Origin: an uncultured Actinomycetes bacterium
GTDB lineage: Bacteria > Actinomycetota > Thermoleophilia > UBA2241
Direction: 5' to 3'
NCBI GenBank assembly: GCA_963845355.1
Contig: CAWJRV010000005.1
Location: 6,196 to 70,195 of the forward strand
DNA length: 64,000 nucleotides
Each line of letters opens with the position of its first letter. Within the stretch, counting starts at the first letter, position 1. Positions 61,678-64,000 of the stretch are shown in pieces. The notes beneath the pieces are model-generated. The model ran no database searches. It was not told the origin of the DNA and worked only from the letters and a program-made list of their open reading frames with translations. The translations under genes and the position numbers were made by a program.

Positions 61678-63399
61678 ATGGTGGTCGCTGACGCGCGCGT
61701 GACGTGGCTTGGTCCCGATGCTCGCCGGCGCGCTCTGGAGCGTTTCGCCGCCGAGACCTTCGACGTACTGGTCGTCGGCGGCGGCGTGACGGGCTGCGGG
61801 GTCGCGCTCGATGCCGCGAGTCGCGGCCTGTCGGTGGCCCTGGTGGAACGCCGCGACTTTGCCGCCGGCACGTCGAGCCGTTCCAGCAAGCTGATCCACG
61901 GTGGGCTGCGGTATCTCGAGCATCTCGACGTCGATCTCGTGCGCGAGGCGCTGCACGAACGGCGGCTGCTGATCGAGAAGATCGCTCCGCACCTGGTCCA
62001 TCCCACGCCCTTCCTGTTCCCGCTCAGGCGCAAGGTCTGGGATCGTCTGTATATGGGCGCGGGACTCCTGCTGTACGACTCGCTGGCCGGCCTGCACCCG
62101 GCGGTGCCGCGTCACCGGCACCTGTCGCGGCGCGCCTGCCTGAAGGCGGCCCCGGGGCTGCGCGGCGACGTGCTCGCCGGCGGCATCCGCTACTACGACG
62201 CGCAGGTCGACGACGCGCGCTTCGCGCTGGTGCTGGCGCGTACGGCGGCTTCGCTGGGCGCGGTCTGCGCGTCGGCGGTGGCGGTGAGCGAGTTCCTGCA
62301 CGACGGCGACAGGGTGGCCGGCGCACGCCTGCACGACCTCGAGGGCGGCGGCGAGCTCGACGTGCATGCTCGCACGGTGATCAACGCCACGGGCATCTGG
62401 ACCACCGAGATGGAGCGCCTGGCCGGCATCGCCGACCCCATGATCGTGCGGCCGTCCAAGGGAGTGCACATCGTCGTGGCTCGCGACAGGATCAAGTCGG
62501 ACTACGCGCTCATCCTGCCTACCGAGAAGAGTGTGCTGTTCGTGCTGCCCTGGGGCCGGCAGTGGATCATAGGCACCACCGACACCGACTGGCACTACGA
62601 CCTGGACCACCCGGCGGCCACGCACGCCGACATCCAGTACCTGCTCGAACACGCCAACAAGGTGCTTGCCGAGCCCCTCCGCTTCGAAGACGTCATCGCC
62701 GTGTACGTCGGCCTGCGACCGCTGCTCGGCGGCACGGCGGAGGAGACGGCGAAGCTGTCACGCCATCATGCCGTGCGGCGCAGCGCGCCGGGGTTCGTGA
62801 GCGTGGCGGGCGGCAAGTACACCACCTACCGGCTGATGGCGCGCGACGCGGTCGACAAGGCCGCAGCCGACCTGCCGTTCGCAAGCGACGCCAGCCGCAC
62901 CGCCGACATTCCGGTGCTGGGAGCCGTCGGCCGGGCGGGCGCGGGGTTCAGGCTGAGCCGGCACGCCGGGGCCGCCACCCTGTCGGCGGGCCAGCTCGAC
63001 CACCTGGTCGCGCGCTACGGCACGCTGGCCGAGGAGGTGCTCGACCTGCTCGTCGCCGACCCTGCTCTGGCGGCCCCGCTTGCCGGCGCCGAAAGCTACC
63101 TGGCCGGCGAGGTGCGCTACGCCGCGATGTGCGAAGGCGCGCTGCATCTGGACGACGTGCTCACCCGCCGCACGCACATCGCCTTCGAGGCGCCCGACCG
63201 CGGCCGGCTGGCCGCCGGGGGCGCCGCGCGCCTGATGGCGCCCGTGCTCGGCTGGGACGAGGCCGCGGTCGATCGCGAGATCGCCCACTACGTGGCGCGA
63301 CTCGAGGCCGAGTCGGCAGCGCAAGCGCTGCTCTCCGACGTCGCGTCCGATGCGGCTCGGGCCGGGGTGCGCGACCTGCGGCTCGAGAAGCCCGAGTAG
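61678..63399 (+). CDS. glpD: FAD-dependent glycerol-3-phosphate dehydrogenase/oxidase
   Basis: GGGVTG, GTSSRSSKLIHGGLRYL, DAQVDDARF, NATGIW, SKGVHIV, IGTTDT, GLRPL and GGKYTTYR. Confidence 0.92.
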   Translation: MVVADARVTWLGPDARRRALERFAAETFDVLVVGGGVTGCGVALDAASRGLSVALVERRDFAAGTSSRSSKLIHGGLRYLEHLDVDLVREALHERRLLIEKIAPHLVHPTPFLFPLRRKVWDRLYMGAGLLLYDSLAGLHPAVPRHRHLSRRACLKAAPGLRGDVLAGGIRYYDAQVDDARFALVLARTAASLGAVCASAVAVSEFLHDGDRVAGARLHDLEGGGELDVHARTVINATGIWTTEMERLAGIADPMIVRPSKGVHIVVARDRIKSDYALILPTEKSVLFVLPWGRQWIIGTTDTDWHYDLDHPAATHADIQYLLEHANKVLAEPLRFEDVIAVYVGLRPLLGGTAEETAKLSRHHAVRRSAPGFVSVAGGKYTTYRLMARDAVDKAAADLPFASDASRTADIPVLGAVGRAGAGFRLSRHAGAATLSAGQLDHLVARYGTLAEEVLDLLVADPALAAPLAGAESYLAGEVRYAAMCEGALHLDDVLTRRTHIAFEAPDRGRLAAGGAARLMAPVLGWDEAAVDREIAHYVARLEAESAAQALLSDVASDAARAGVRDLRLEKPE

Positions 63400-63409
63400 G
63401 CGGGGCTCG

Positions 63410-63961
63410 AGCAAGCGGAGTCCTGGTCGGCTGTTCGACGCCGCCCGCCTGCTGCGCCGGTTCCACGACGCGACGATCGGATTCGAGCCGCCGCCGGGTG
63501 TGGACTGGCAGGTGGTCTGCCCTCCCGATCTGCCGGTCGAGGTGATCTGTCACAACGACTTCGCCCCCTACAATGCCGTCTTTCGGGAGGGGCGTCTGTG
63601 CGGCATCATCGACTTCGAAACCATCTCGCCGGGCGCACGTGTCTGGGACGTCGCCCACGCGGCGTATCGCTTCGTGCCCCTCTCGCTACAGGCGCGCCGG
63701 CCGGGCTGCGACTCACCGGCGGAGCAGGCGCGCCGCCTGCGGCTCTTCTGCGCTGCCTACGGTCTGGGCCGCGCCGATCGAGCCGCGCTCGTCGGCGTCG
63801 TGGTGCGGCGCGTGGCGGCGCTTCGCGACCTCGTGGTGTGCCTGGCCGCGGAGGGTGACGCCGCCGGCCTCAGACGTATGGCCGATGGCGACGCGGACGA
63901 GTATGCGGACGACGTCGCCTACGTGCTCGCTGAGCAGCTCTTGTTCGGGAGCGCTCTGTAG
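63410..63961 (+). pseudogene. APH/choline-kinase-like phosphotransferase, C-terminal lobe only
   Basis: AARLLRRFHDA, ICHNDFAPYN and IIDFE; no N-lobe and no convincing start between the glpD stop and these motifs; left boundary approximate. Confidence 0.65.
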
Positions 63962-64000
63962 AGCCGGCGGAGCCGGAGAGTAGACTTGACCGTGTGAGCG

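Overview
A very GC-rich (roughly 70% by eye) bacterial chromosome segment. Tat lipoproteins, a DrrAB-type ABC exporter and an S53 protease point to an actinobacterium, possibly Thermoleophilia-like (inference). Left part: 3' end of glyA, a secreted protein, an MBL-fold hydrolase, lutABC, an S53 protease, an SDR, TetR with a DrrAB-type exporter, a DUF4405/Tat/ferredoxin membrane protein and a DUF2723 (TMEM260-like) GT-C glycosyltransferase. Middle (about 15.4-49.1 kb): a large surface-glycan locus with a priming transferase, Wzc-like kinase, Wzm/Wzt, a Wzy/WaaL-like protein, several GT2/GT4 enzymes, amino-sugar enzymes, a block of poorly understood modification genes, a secreted clan GH-A hydrolase, a PQQ-type propeller and a GtrB plus GT-C pair. 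Right part: an SPFH gene coupled to an RpoD-type sigma factor, DUF202, an EamA pseudogene, DUF47, a PotABCD/AfuABC-type importer, and an operon encoding AraM-type G1P dehydrogenase, HAD-IIA phosphatase, an unassigned TIM barrel, GntR and GlpD. That operon is the best candidate for an undescribed pathway. Five single-base frameshifts are visible and may be assembly errors. Short tandem duplications recur at gene ends. I saw no rRNA, tRNA, CRISPR array or transposase. Family assignments come from motif recognition only; no database search was run.
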